Shown here piece by piece: positions 20,602 to 30,243 of a stretch of 64,000 nt of DNA. The notes under the pieces were generated by a model. It did not search any database. It saw nothing but the letters and a program-made list of their open reading frames with translations, and was not told the origin of the DNA. Position 1 is the first letter of the stretch, and the number at the start of each line of letters is the position of its first letter. The DNA comes from Bdellovibrionales bacterium (GTDB lineage: Bacteria > Bdellovibrionota > Bdellovibrionia > Bdellovibrionales > UBA1609): the NCBI GenBank assembly GCA_965204055.1, contig OZ241967.1, positions 1,252,286 through 1,316,285 on the forward strand, in the 5' to 3' direction. Both the position numbers and the translations under genes were made by a program.

Positions 20602-21622
20602 AAAAGTAAGAAAAGTGTTTCATATTGAAACAAACCCCTATCCAAAGTTCAAACAACAGGAACAAAACACGCCCCCAGAGGGGGTTGTTTATCCATGTCC
20701 CTGATGGATAATTTTGCAAATAGCCTTTGAAGTTGTGTCAGCCCAGAAGGCTCAGTTTACCCCCAGAGGGGGTTGTTTATCCAAGAAGCATTTGTTTAAC
20801 TTTGCAAGTAGCCTTTGAAGTTGTGCCAGCCCAGAAGACTCACTTTACCCCCAGAGGGGGTTATTTATCCAAGAAGCATTTGTTTAACTTTGCAAGTAGC
20901 CTTTGAAGTTGTGTCAGCCCAGAAGGCTCACTTTACCCCCAGAGGGGGTTATTTATCCAAGAAGCATTTGTTTAACTTTGCAAGTAGCCTTTGAAGTTGT
21001 GCCAGCCCAGAAGACTCACTTTACCCCCAAAGGGGGTTGTTTATCCATGTCCCTGATGGATAGTTTTGCCAGTAGCCTTTGAAGTTGTGCCAGCCCAGAA
21101 GGCTCAGTTTACCCCCAAAGGGGGTTGTTTATCCATGTCCCTGATGGATAATTTTGCAAGTAGCCTTTGAAGTTGTGCCAGCCCAGAAGGCTCAGTTTAC
21201 CCCCAGAGGGGGTTGTTTATCCATGTCCCTGATGGATAATTTTTCAAGTAGCCTTTGAAGTTGTGCCAGCCCAGAAGGCTCAGTTTACCCCCAGAGGGGG
21301 TTGTTTATCCATGTCCCTGATGGATAATTTTTCAAGTAGCCTTTGAAGTTGTGCCAGCCCAGAAGGCTCAGTTTACCCCCAGAGGGGGGTATTTATCCAT
21401 GTCCCTTCTGGACAGCTTTGCAAGTAGCCTTTGAAGTTGTGTCAGCCCAGAAGGCTCAGTTTACCCCCAGAGGGGGTTGTTTATCCATGTTACTTCTGGA
21501 TAATTTTTCAAGTAGCCTTTGAAGTTGTGCCAGCCCAGAAGCTTGCTTCGCCCGCAAGGCGGGTTGCTTATCCAAGAAGCATTTGTTTAACTTTGCAAGT
21601 AACTGTTGGTTTGTGCCCGCTT
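20602..21622. repeat. Leader + modular hairpin array element, long copy (11 units, 88-bp period)
   Basis: TAGCCTTTGAAG recurs at 20721, 20809, 20897, 20985, 21073, 21161 and onward, exactly 88 bp apart. Confidence 0.95.
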
Positions 21623-21736
21623 TCTCGATCCGCAAACCCGCAAAAAACCCCAGTTTTAAAAATAAAGATGGATGATTTTTTAAAAAGGAAAAGGACTGTG
21701 ATATAATATAATATAAAATAAAAAAAAGGGGTGTTT

Positions 21737-21840
21737 ATGGATTTACATACAGCACTAATGACTATCTTAGTTGTTTGAGCGGTTCTTACTTGTTTTGAGT
21801 GTGATTTTTAATACGCATAGCGTCACAATACCCCCCCTAA
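21737..21840 (+). pseudogene. Decayed small TM-protein gene (MDLHTALMTILVV*AVLT..)
   Basis: AAGGGG RBS-like site and ATG; hydrophobic N-terminus broken by TGA; resembles the small TM/coiled-coil family. Confidence 0.35.
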
Positions 21841-21870
21841 CATTAACAATAAAAAGAAAGGAGATATAAA

Positions 21871-22083
21871 ATGAAAGTGAGAAAATATAATATAGAGGAA
21901 ATACAAAAACGGATAGAAAGTTTATATGAAGATTATATTGGTCCAGAACCAAAGAAGGCACATCTTCTTAAAGGTGCAAACCCGACGGTGAAACTGGCAG
22001 ATATAGAAAAAGAGCTTAGACTTTTAGATATAGAGCTTGTGCTTGCTGTTTTACAAAAGCATAATTCAAGTCTTTTTATATAA
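21871..22083 (+). CDS. Small hypothetical protein
   Basis: AAGGAG RBS, 70-aa ORF. Confidence 0.45.
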   Translation: MKVRKYNIEEIQKRIESLYEDYIGPEPKKAHLLKGANPTVKLADIEKELRLLDIELVLAVLQKHNSSLFI

Positions 22084-22204
22084 AATGAATTGTCTCAAAA
22101 CCTAAAAGACTTAATAAAACTGCGGTAAAGCCTTGACTGGCCATATCATACAATTGTAAAATCACTTTCTTTATAGTATGATATAATCGTAAAAGAGGTG
22201 TAAA

Positions 22205-22519
22205 ATGACAAAAGAAGATAAAGATACACAAAAAGAACAAAAGATTGCACAACTGGCAATAGACGAGAAATTACAAAGATTATCTGAGAACAGAGAAAGG
22301 AATCTTATTAACCTTCCCATTTCATCAATAGACCAGGTTGTAGAATTTAAAGTCAACAAAGCTATGCTAAAGAGTGTTTGGAAACAGTGGTCTGCCTTAG
22401 TGTCTACTTGTATTTTAATTGTGAGTTTATTCACTATTTATCTTTTTATACTTCACAATAATTTTGATAGACTTGAGGGACAAATAGCTAATATACAAGT
22501 ACAAATTATGCGCAAATAA
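22205..22519 (+). CDS. Small coiled-coil/TM hypothetical protein
   Basis: GAGGTG RBS; charged N-terminus, one TM, short coiled tail; architecture like 31897-32205. Confidence 0.6.
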   Translation: MTKEDKDTQKEQKIAQLAIDEKLQRLSENRERNLINLPISSIDQVVEFKVNKAMLKSVWKQWSALVSTCILIVSLFTIYLFILHNNFDRLEGQIANIQVQIMRK

Positions 22520-22672
22520 AAACTATGTCCACACACCCCCTGGCCAGTCTTTTGCAATAAAAGGTCCTGGAAAAGTGACTTGACCTGGAGATATAAAATG
22601 AGTGACAACACCTTAAAACTAAGCATCAGTAACCCTAAGCCTGTTGATTTAGAAATTAGCCATGAGACAGTC

Positions 22673-22880
22673 AAAGCTTTTCCAATTTTATTTCACGAGG
22701 ACTTTTCATTATATTTTTTCCAAAAGCACAATGCGATTGCTGTTAGTTCCCTTTTTGTTGTTGGAAACACCCCAGCAATTTGCGGTTTTTGTAAATTTCT
22801 GCTCATTAACCAAAACAGCTAAAACTTTTAAAGGCAACCCTTGGGCTTGACTAATAACATATTCATCCAGCTGAATAGTC
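22673..22880 (-). repeat. 208-bp copy of the MTase/REase junction (17637-17844)
   Basis: Near-identical sequence; I saw one substitution. Confidence 0.92.
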
Positions 22881-23924
22881 GGCCCTGAACAAATGCTATT
22901 TTGTTAAAAAGCAGGTTGATTTTTTATAAAATTATAATTTTGAATCTGTTTTTTCAACCAGCAAAAAAAGAACAAAAAGAAAGACCGCATGATCTTTCTC
23001 ATATTAAACGCACTTGCTACTAAAATAGGATTGATCTTATCTCCTTCTATCCCATGCAAATAGTTTACCCCCATACGATGCTCCTGTTTAATATGACCTA
23101 TCACCGGCTCAATCGCCGTCCTCCTTTTTAAAGCTCTCTTCAACTGCCTCTTGACTGAAACTTGCCCCCTTTTATACTGACGAGCATGAAAATAACGGGC
23201 AGACTTAATCATCTCCTCCTTGCCTTTGAACTTGTAGCTTTGACGAAGCTTCACCCCCTCTTCTTTCGCTACTTTTACCAACTTCTCACGAGACTTGTTG
23301 ATTAACTTTGAATCCACAGGATAACAAATATTCTTACTCTGAACTGTTGTATCTACTATCACTTGCTTATACTCACTACCTCGTAATAAACCTAACTTTT
23401 GAGCTACACTTAGAGTCTCCTTCAACAACTCCTCTGCTCCCACCTCCTCTATACGATGCCTCCAACGAGTCAATGAACTGGCATCAATGCTCAGCTTATG
23501 CTGAAAATACTCAAACCCACAAAAATACTGCCAATAAGGATCACTCAACAACCTATCCACTACAGCCTCATCCGATAAATCAAATACATACTTCAGGTAA
23601 ATTAAACCCACAACTAATCGCACAGGAAGAGCAGGACGCCCCCTGTCTGAAGGAAAAAAAGTCTTAAACTTCCTCTCAAATTTTGACCAATCTATACAAT
23701 CTGCTAATTGAACAAGACCCATTTTCATATTTAAAAAATCTACTAAACGGGGCCGACCTAATTCCAATTGCTCACAATCTCTTTCAGACTTCTTAGGCTT
23801 CATTTTTACCTCCAAATTTGCAAGGTTTTTAAACCTCTTTATATTTTCCTTGCAAATATTTTCCTTGCAAATTATAAAAAAATCAAGTGATAACAATGCG
23901 TTAACATTTATTCAGGGCCGACTA
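22876..23924 (-). mobile_element. IS5-family insertion sequence, internally deleted
   Basis: Terminal IRs TAGTCGGCCCTGAACAAATG / CATTTATTCAGGGCCGACTA enclose a transposase ORF. Confidence 0.88.
22904..23803 (-). pseudogene. IS5-family transposase with apparent in-frame internal deletion
   Basis: GGAGGT RBS and ATG at 23803. GRPALPVRL, PYWQYFCG and IVDTTVQ are present, then ..KRQLKRALKRRTAIEPVIGHIK with no central DDE segment. Confidence 0.75.
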
Positions 23925-23926
23925 AT

Positions 23927-24074
23927 TAGTCGGTCGTGATAAACCCTGTTCATTTCCAAATGCAAAGCCAAGTACTTGGCTTTTTAGTCCCGCGAAAGCG
24001 GGAATCTCTTGACTTTTAAGGAGATGTATCAAGCGATCTCTACTTAGCTGAACGGACTTTTTCCCGACCAACTA
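23927..24074. mobile_element. MITE copy abutting the IS5 end
   Basis: TAGTCGGTCGTGATAAACCC...GCCAAGTACTTGGC...CCCGCGAAAGCGGG...ACCAACTA. Confidence 0.8.
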
Positions 24075-24078
24075 AATA

Positions 24079-25287
24079 TTATTTTTCCGGCCTTTGCTCT
24101 TCTGATGGTTTTCCTGTTTGAAAGCAAATTTTCGGCACGCGAAATACTTTTTTATCGGGAAAGTAATCTTGCAAATCAATACTGTCTGTATAGGCCAGTA
24201 TAACAGTTTGCTCAGACGTGCCTGAGCTATCAAAAAATGTTGTTAAAAAACTATTTACCGTTTTCGCCATATATTCTGTCTTAAGTACTCGGACTAAATA
24301 CTCATCTGTGGACGAGCAAGACGATGCGTAATAATCACAAAATAAAGTTTCATAATAAAAAGACATTTTTAGCTTATAGCGAGGAAACATTTTTTGATAC
24401 TGTTTCGGGGAGAGGGATGGAAAAATAACGGGCAGTTCATCTAAAAAAAATAAAATATGTGTTCCCCCTATAATTGCTAAAGTGTGTTTTTGATCTTTTG
24501 TTAAATCTGTATATTTTTCAGGTATTCCGTTTGGAAACTGTGCTGTAGTAAGTTGAAACAAATGGGATAAGTTACGATTTTCCATATTAGGTAGATGATC
24601 AGGGTGAGTATATACAAAGCCCTGGTTTTCCTGGTTTTCTAAAAAATATTTTAGTTCTCTTCTGTCATGAATGTTGGTCAAAAATTCGTGAAAAACAAAA
24701 GGGCGTGGATAATAACTTATTAACTTAGCCAGAGCGAATTGAGAACGTGCTACTTCTTCCACTATGGGCAGGGCTTGCTCTGTTTCTGTAGTTGGGGCGT
24801 CATCTGTTGGGTCATCTTCATTATCGGTAAATTGCTGTCTAATAAATTGGATAGCTGAATCCGCATGCTCTTTTACAGCACTATAGCCTGATTGCAATAT
24901 TTTTAGCTTGTTTTTTCCAGGTGTCCATCTTTCCATAGGAAAGTGAATGATATCTGTATTTAGGTTCTGTGGTACACACAAACGATCAAAGATGGAGCTA
25001 TCGTTTAGCGGATCTGTTAGTCCTGTGTCTTCTGTTTGAGAGGTTTCTGCATCTGCATTTGCTTTTTCTACTGCATCAGCTTGTGCATCAGCTACTGCAT
25101 CTGCATTTGCTTTTTCTACTGCATCAGCTACTGTATCAGCATGAGAGGGCAAAGAACATAAAAAGACCAGCAGACCGGACAAGAAGAAATACTTACTGCT
25201 ATAGTTTGTTCTATATGGTCGATAAGTAGAGCACCATAACAGCTTTAGTCGTGAGAGTTTATATGTGATTTGATTAAAAAATTTCAT
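24079..25287 (-). CDS. Hypothetical exported protein with short Ala/Asp repeat
   Basis: 402-aa ORF; signal-like segment ending SHA; ADAVEKANADA x2. Confidence 0.6.
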   Translation of the reverse strand: MKFFNQITYKLSRLKLLWCSTYRPYRTNYSSKYFFLSGLLVFLCSLPSHADTVADAVEKANADAVADAQADAVEKANADAETSQTEDTGLTDPLNDSSIFDRLCVPQNLNTDIIHFPMERWTPGKNKLKILQSGYSAVKEHADSAIQFIRQQFTDNEDDPTDDAPTTETEQALPIVEEVARSQFALAKLISYYPRPFVFHEFLTNIHDRRELKYFLENQENQGFVYTHPDHLPNMENRNLSHLFQLTTAQFPNGIPEKYTDLTKDQKHTLAIIGGTHILFFLDELPVIFPSLSPKQYQKMFPRYKLKMSFYYETLFCDYYASSCSSTDEYLVRVLKTEYMAKTVNSFLTTFFDSSGTSEQTVILAYTDSIDLQDYFPDKKVFRVPKICFQTGKPSEEQRPEK

Positions 25288-25310
25288 TTGTTCCCCTTGT
25301 GCCTGCTATG

Positions 25311-25476
25311 TAGTCGAGTGTGAAAAAGCCTGTTCATCTCCAACTTAAAAGCCAAGTACTTGGCTTTTAAGTCCCGCGAAAGCGGGTATCCAGAACCTAA
25401 ACTGAAAGCCTAAAAGGCTTTCAGCCTTTTTCAAGTGGGAATCCAATCAAAAAAAAGACTTTTTCACGGAAGACTA
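25311..25476. mobile_element. MITE copy
   Basis: TAGTCGAGTGTGAAAAAG...TTTTTCACGGAAGACTA; right arm is the inverted form of the left arm at 26834 and 15295. Confidence 0.8.
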
Positions 25477-25785
25477 TATAAGTCCTCCGACTTGATTTTT
25501 TTATAATTTGCTAAGCAAATATTTTCAAGGAAAATAACACCGATTTAAAATTATACTAAAAACAAGTGTAATATTTACAATTTTACAAACACTGATCCTG
25601 CCCTTGCTCCCAAACAGGCCCCCTCCTTTAAGTTATTTTAAGACAAATGTCTTATAACCCCGACTTAATACATATCCTGAAAAAGTTTTATATTTTAATA
25701 AAGAGTCAAATTTTCCGATTCTGTTTAAAGATAGGTTTAAACTGGGCTGGCTTTAAGGCGGTCTGTTTCCTGGGAAATTGGAAAA

Positions 25786-26832
25786 ATGAAAAAATTGATT
25801 TTTATGCTTTTTTGTTTTTTATGCTTTTTTGGTTGCACTGATTTAGATGTTGAAGATGATGGTGATCTAAACAGAAAAAACGGCGGGCGGGATAGAGAAG
25901 ATTCCAGAAAAGATAGGGAAAAAAATGGTTACGGAACAAAAGATGTTTGTGAAGGGGCTGATTACACTCTCTACTTAGATGAATGTCCTGAAAGGGGTGA
26001 CGATAGAATAGGTGCGGATGGTTTTAGACCAGGTGGAGGGGTGTCTGACTCTGATGGTGTTGCCGGCTCATTGTCAAAATCCAAAAAACAGATGGATATT
26101 TTGTTTGTTTTAGATACTTCTAATTCAATGTATGGCTATTTAAACAGTAAATTTAAAAAAAGGTTTAGAACCTTTATTACCTCTCTCAATAGAATAGATT
26201 GGCGTATGTTTTTCACAAATGCGGGCTATTCGAGTAGTGGGTGGTTTTTGAGTTCAGCCATGAATGGTAAGGCTATGGAATTAGAGAATAGATCTGGTGC
26301 GATGGATATACAGGTTTTAGATCGATTTTTACCAGGGTATAGCAATATTTTTCATTGGACACTTACCAGAGAACCGGATCGAACATCTGAAAATGAACAT
26401 GGTCATTCTAATCGTTGTCATTATGCTCCCTATTGTAATGGAGGGGAAAGGCCATTACGCGCTCTGAAAGCAGGATTTTCTGCTAATAAACACCTTACCC
26501 GCGAAGAGGCGGATTTTGTGGCAATTATTATCACTAATACAGATGAAAATATGACAGAGGGTGAATCTACTGTGACAGCAGACACTATTTTTAAGGAGTT
26601 TAAAAAAGTCTATGGATCTGATAAAACACTTTATGTATTAAATATTATTGTTATGCCAGGGGATGCGGAATGTGTGAAAGAAAACGATAAGATGCAGTTT
26701 TTATTTAAGGAAACCAATGAGGGGAAACAGATTGCTGAAGTGGCTAAAAAAATTGGAGGGGGTAATTTTAGTATATGTTTAAAAGATTACTCTATTGTGG
26801 CTGACACCATAGTTCAGTTAAGTACCCAGTAA
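25786..26832 (+). CDS. Lipoprotein with VWA-like domain
   Basis: Lipobox-like FFGC; DILFVLDTSNSM (DxSxS MIDAS); IIITNTDE. Confidence 0.7.
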   Translation: MKKLIFMLFCFLCFFGCTDLDVEDDGDLNRKNGGRDREDSRKDREKNGYGTKDVCEGADYTLYLDECPERGDDRIGADGFRPGGGVSDSDGVAGSLSKSKKQMDILFVLDTSNSMYGYLNSKFKKRFRTFITSLNRIDWRMFFTNAGYSSSGWFLSSAMNGKAMELENRSGAMDIQVLDRFLPGYSNIFHWTLTREPDRTSENEHGHSNRCHYAPYCNGGERPLRALKAGFSANKHLTREEADFVAIIITNTDENMTEGESTVTADTIFKEFKKVYGSDKTLYVLNIIVMPGDAECVKENDKMQFLFKETNEGKQIAEVAKKIGGGNFSICLKDYSIVADTIVQLSTQ

Positions 26833-26833
26833 T

Positions 26834-26977
26834 TAGTAGCCCGTGAAAAAGTCTTTTTTTTGATTGGATTCTCACTTGAAAAAGGCTGAAAGCCTTTTAG
26901 GCTTTCAGTTTAGGTTCTGGATACCCGCTTTCGCGGGTATGACAGTGAAGAAGAATGGGGTTTATCACGGGGGACTA
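26834..26977. mobile_element. MITE copy
   Basis: Very similar to 15295-15438. Confidence 0.8.
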
Positions 26978-27005
26978 TTTAGTCTGATTCTGCAAAGCCA
27001 AGTTG

Positions 27006-27749
27006 TTAGCTTTTCAGTCCCTTCATCATAGTGCTATAAACCTGCTCTTGTAGTTTTTTTAAATTATTTTTGTTCATTCCTGTTGTATCCACAGTGGGTA
27101 GATATTCCACAGTTACAGTTCTACTGAATGCCCCCACATTAAAAAACCAAGATCCTTTAGGCATACATTCTTCTGTATTGTGAATGATAATCGGCAAAAT
27201 CTTGATATGATTGTTAATAGCAAATAGAAAAGGTCCTTTTTTAAAATGAGCCAGTCCGGGGCCTTTATGTCTTCCTCCTTCCGGGGATAAAGCAAAGCAG
27301 TCTCCTTTTTTGATTCTTGCTTTTAAAGATTTATATAACATTATGGTGGAGTGTGGGTTTTCTCTTTCAATGGATATATGTCCTATTTTTTTCATTGCGT
27401 AGCCTAATAAAGGAATAGAGAAAAGGCTTTTTTTGGCTCCAAAATGAAAACGGTCTGGGATAGCTTGAAACAAAGCGGGGATGTCTACATAACTTCTATG
27501 GTTGAATAATATCAAAAAAGGTTCTTTTACATTGTCCCTGTTTTTTGTTTTGACTCTGATTCCACAAAACCACAAAATTCCAAAGGCCCAAAGTCTTTCT
27601 GCCTGATAGCTCTTTTTTTTAAAGCCTCCTGCTTCTAAAGTTAGAATAACCAATATAGATAAAACAGTGAAAAAAACCAGCCAAAGCCAATGGAATAGGG
27701 CTCTTATATAAGTGATTATATAAGTGATAATGATAAGCGTTTTTTGCAT
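27006..27749 (-). CDS. plsC: 1-acyl-sn-glycerol-3-phosphate acyltransferase
   Basis: NHRSYVD, AKKSLFSIP, SPEGGR, FKKGPF. Confidence 0.88.
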   Translation of the reverse strand: MQKTLIIITYIITYIRALFHWLWLVFFTVLSILVILTLEAGGFKKKSYQAERLWAFGILWFCGIRVKTKNRDNVKEPFLILFNHRSYVDIPALFQAIPDRFHFGAKKSLFSIPLLGYAMKKIGHISIERENPHSTIMLYKSLKARIKKGDCFALSPEGGRHKGPGLAHFKKGPFLFAINNHIKILPIIIHNTEECMPKGSWFFNVGAFSRTVTVEYLPTVDTTGMNKNNLKKLQEQVYSTMMKGLKS

Positions 27750-27924
27750 AGTTCCTCTCCGAAAGCTCTTTAAAAGGCCTTTCTGGTCTCCATAAAAATG
27801 AGGTTCTAAAAAAATATAAAACCACAGCTATTGGTTCAGGAAAAGATTTTTTTTTGTAAAACACAATTTTTACTGGACAAACAGAAAAAATGTAAACACG
27901 ATAAAGAGTAAAAGGAGTAAGGGA

Positions 27925-28845
27925 ATGATTTATAATCATGTCAAATTATTTTTATTTATAATATCTTTATTTTTTGTTTCCTGTTTAAAAGAAGGTGACA
28001 ATAAGTATGGTACAGATGAAGGTCCGTATGCTCCTTATTTTTGGAAAGTGGAGAAAGACGAAAAAACATCTTATTTTTTCGGCACAGCTCATGCCGGAGT
28101 TAATTTTGAAGATTTGTCATGCTCAAACGAAATAGAAGAACATTTGAAAGAAAGTGATTATTTGTTTACAGAAGTGGATCGTGAATCAAAAGAACAAGAA
28201 GACTATGATAAAGTAACGGATCAAATCGTAAACGAATTGATGTCAAAAAAAAATGGCAGGGAGTTTAAGTCTCTTAATAAGGACAGCAAAATTTTTTTAA
28301 GAAGTAGAGAGATTTCTGAAGATATGAATTATATTGGTTATTTAGGCACGATACAGTTTTTGTGTACTCAGTCTGCGATTTTTAAAGCTGGAGGAGGAGC
28401 TTTCTCTTTGGATTCTTATCTTAAAGCTGTTGCTCAATCCCAAAACATGCCTATAGAGTATTTGGATGCTGGTATAGACGCAAAAGCAACCGCAGAAGTG
28501 GTAAGTGAATTATTACAATTTAGTCAAGCAGTAATAACAGCTCAAGATGTTGATAAGGCCATCTTGGGTTTTGAACAATGTATTTTAGATGAAATGCAAA
28601 TTTTTGATCTCTATAAAAACAGCCGTCTTCCAACTACAAGTGGATTTTCCCCCGAACAACAAGACACTTTGTTAAGAAAGCGCAATTTAATATGGCGGGA
28701 TAAATTTAAAAAAGCTCGTAAGAAATATAATCATATTTTTTTAGCTGGAGGGGCTGGACATTTTATATTTGAGCACAATTTGTTGGATATGTTGAAGGCA
28801 GAAGGCTTTTTGATTCACCGTATGGATTCTTCTTGTAATTTTTAG
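27925..28845 (+). CDS. TraB/GumN family lipoprotein
   Basis: FWKVEK..SYFFGTAH, LLRKRN..W, FLAGGAGH..LLDMLKAEGF; lipobox-like FVSC. Confidence 0.8.
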   Translation: MIYNHVKLFLFIISLFFVSCLKEGDNKYGTDEGPYAPYFWKVEKDEKTSYFFGTAHAGVNFEDLSCSNEIEEHLKESDYLFTEVDRESKEQEDYDKVTDQIVNELMSKKNGREFKSLNKDSKIFLRSREISEDMNYIGYLGTIQFLCTQSAIFKAGGGAFSLDSYLKAVAQSQNMPIEYLDAGIDAKATAEVVSELLQFSQAVITAQDVDKAILGFEQCILDEMQIFDLYKNSRLPTTSGFSPEQQDTLLRKRNLIWRDKFKKARKKYNHIFLAGGAGHFIFEHNLLDMLKAEGFLIHRMDSSCNF

Positions 28846-28888
28846 CTTGATTCAAGCCCTCAAAATCCACTATATATAGTGAGGGAAT

Positions 28889-29887
28889 ATGTCTAATAAA
28901 ATTATATTAACAGGAATTAAACCAACCGGTTTACCTCATTTAGGTAATTATATTGGAGCTATTGAGCCAGCTCTTAAGTTGTCGGATGATCCTTCCGTGG
29001 ACAGTTATCTTTTTGTAGCGGATTATCATTCTTTAACTACTATTCATTCTGCTCCGGTTTTAAACAAAATGATTTATCAAGTTTCCTCAGCTTGGCTGGC
29101 TTGTGGGTTAGATCCAAAAAAAACCATTATTTATCGTCAGTCTGATATTCCTGAGCTGTTTGAATTGAGTTGGATTTTATCTTGTGTAACTCCAAAAGGT
29201 TTGATGAACAGGGGGCACTCTTACAAGGCTTTGGTTCAAGCTAACCGCCAGGCAAAACGAGAAAACGAAGAAGTAGGTATCAATATGGGGGTCTATAATT
29301 ACCCTGTGTTAATGTCGGCGGACATTTTACTTTTTTCTGCTGACGAAGTCCCTGTAAGTGAAGATCAAGCTCAGCATTTAGAAATCACCAGAGATATAGC
29401 CGGTAAGTTTAATCACCTATTTAAAACCAATTTGTTAAAACTTCCAAAAACCTTAATAAAGACAAAGCTCTTGCCGGGTTTAGATGGGGAAAAAATGAGC
29501 AAAAGCAAGGGTAATCATATTCCCCTTTTTGGTTCTTCAAAAGAATTACACAAAGCCATTATGAAAATTAAAACAGACTCTTCTTCTCCTACAGAACCTA
29601 AAGATCCAGAAAGTTCTATTTTGTTTTCCTTATACAAAGCTTTTGCTTCAAAAGAGCAAACAGATAAATTAGCTAACAAATACCAAAAGGGAGTGGGTTG
29701 GGGCGAGGTAAAGGAACAGCTTTATTTACTTTTAGAAGAGGTATTGTCGGAAAAAAGAAAAGTGTATGAGTCTTTTATGGCAGAACCAGAAAAAGTAAAT
29801 ATAATTTTAAAAGAAGGGGCAAAAAAAGCGCGGAAAAAAGCAAAGCCTCTTATGCAAAAAATCAGAAAAGCTATAGGCTTGTCATAG
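28889..29887 (+). CDS. trpS: Tryptophan--tRNA ligase
   Basis: TGIKPTG.PHLGNY, ADYHSLT, YPVLMSADIL, DQ.QHLE, KMSKS. Confidence 0.96.
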   Translation: MSNKIILTGIKPTGLPHLGNYIGAIEPALKLSDDPSVDSYLFVADYHSLTTIHSAPVLNKMIYQVSSAWLACGLDPKKTIIYRQSDIPELFELSWILSCVTPKGLMNRGHSYKALVQANRQAKRENEEVGINMGVYNYPVLMSADILLFSADEVPVSEDQAQHLEITRDIAGKFNHLFKTNLLKLPKTLIKTKLLPGLDGEKMSKSKGNHIPLFGSSKELHKAIMKIKTDSSSPTEPKDPESSILFSLYKAFASKEQTDKLANKYQKGVGWGEVKEQLYLLLEEVLSEKRKVYESFMAEPEKVNIILKEGAKKARKKAKPLMQKIRKAIGLS

Positions 29888-29979
29888 CATTATTAGTTTG
29901 GCATAGGCATAGCATTATTAGTTTGGCATAGGCTTGTCATAGCATAGCATAGGCTTGTCATAGCATAGCATAGCATTAT

Positions 29980-30126
29980 TAGTTGGTCGTGATAAACCCT
30001 GTTCATCTCCAACTGTAAAGCCAAGTACTTGGCTTTACAGTCCCGCCTTGAGCGGGAATCTCGCCTGTTTTAGGACAAAGTAAGCCCTGTTTACTGTGTT
30101 GCAATACACTTTTTCACGGGCAACTA
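29980..30126. mobile_element. MITE copy
   Basis: Near-identical to 15749-15895. Confidence 0.82.
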
Positions 30127-30243
30127 ATTAGTTTGGCATAAAAAAAAGGGAGCAGGGTCACCGGGTTATCAGGGCTTTGTTATTGTAGAATAATCAGTTA
30201 AATATTTAAAATCGCTTTTTCATTTTTTGAATTTGGAATGAGT

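Noticed and set aside
20602-21622. 88-bp array as a CRISPR array
   Set aside because: No unique spacers (only a few recurring alleles), no 25-45-bp repeat/spacer alternation, and no cas genes in the window.
15337-21706. Short ORFs in MITEs and arrays (15337, 16524, 16802, 19201, 21431)
   Set aside because: Translations of repeat DNA (e.g. WIPAFAGMT) with no independent coding evidence.
22580-22850. ORFs at 22580 and 22662
   Set aside because: Mostly antisense read-through of the duplicated RM fragment.
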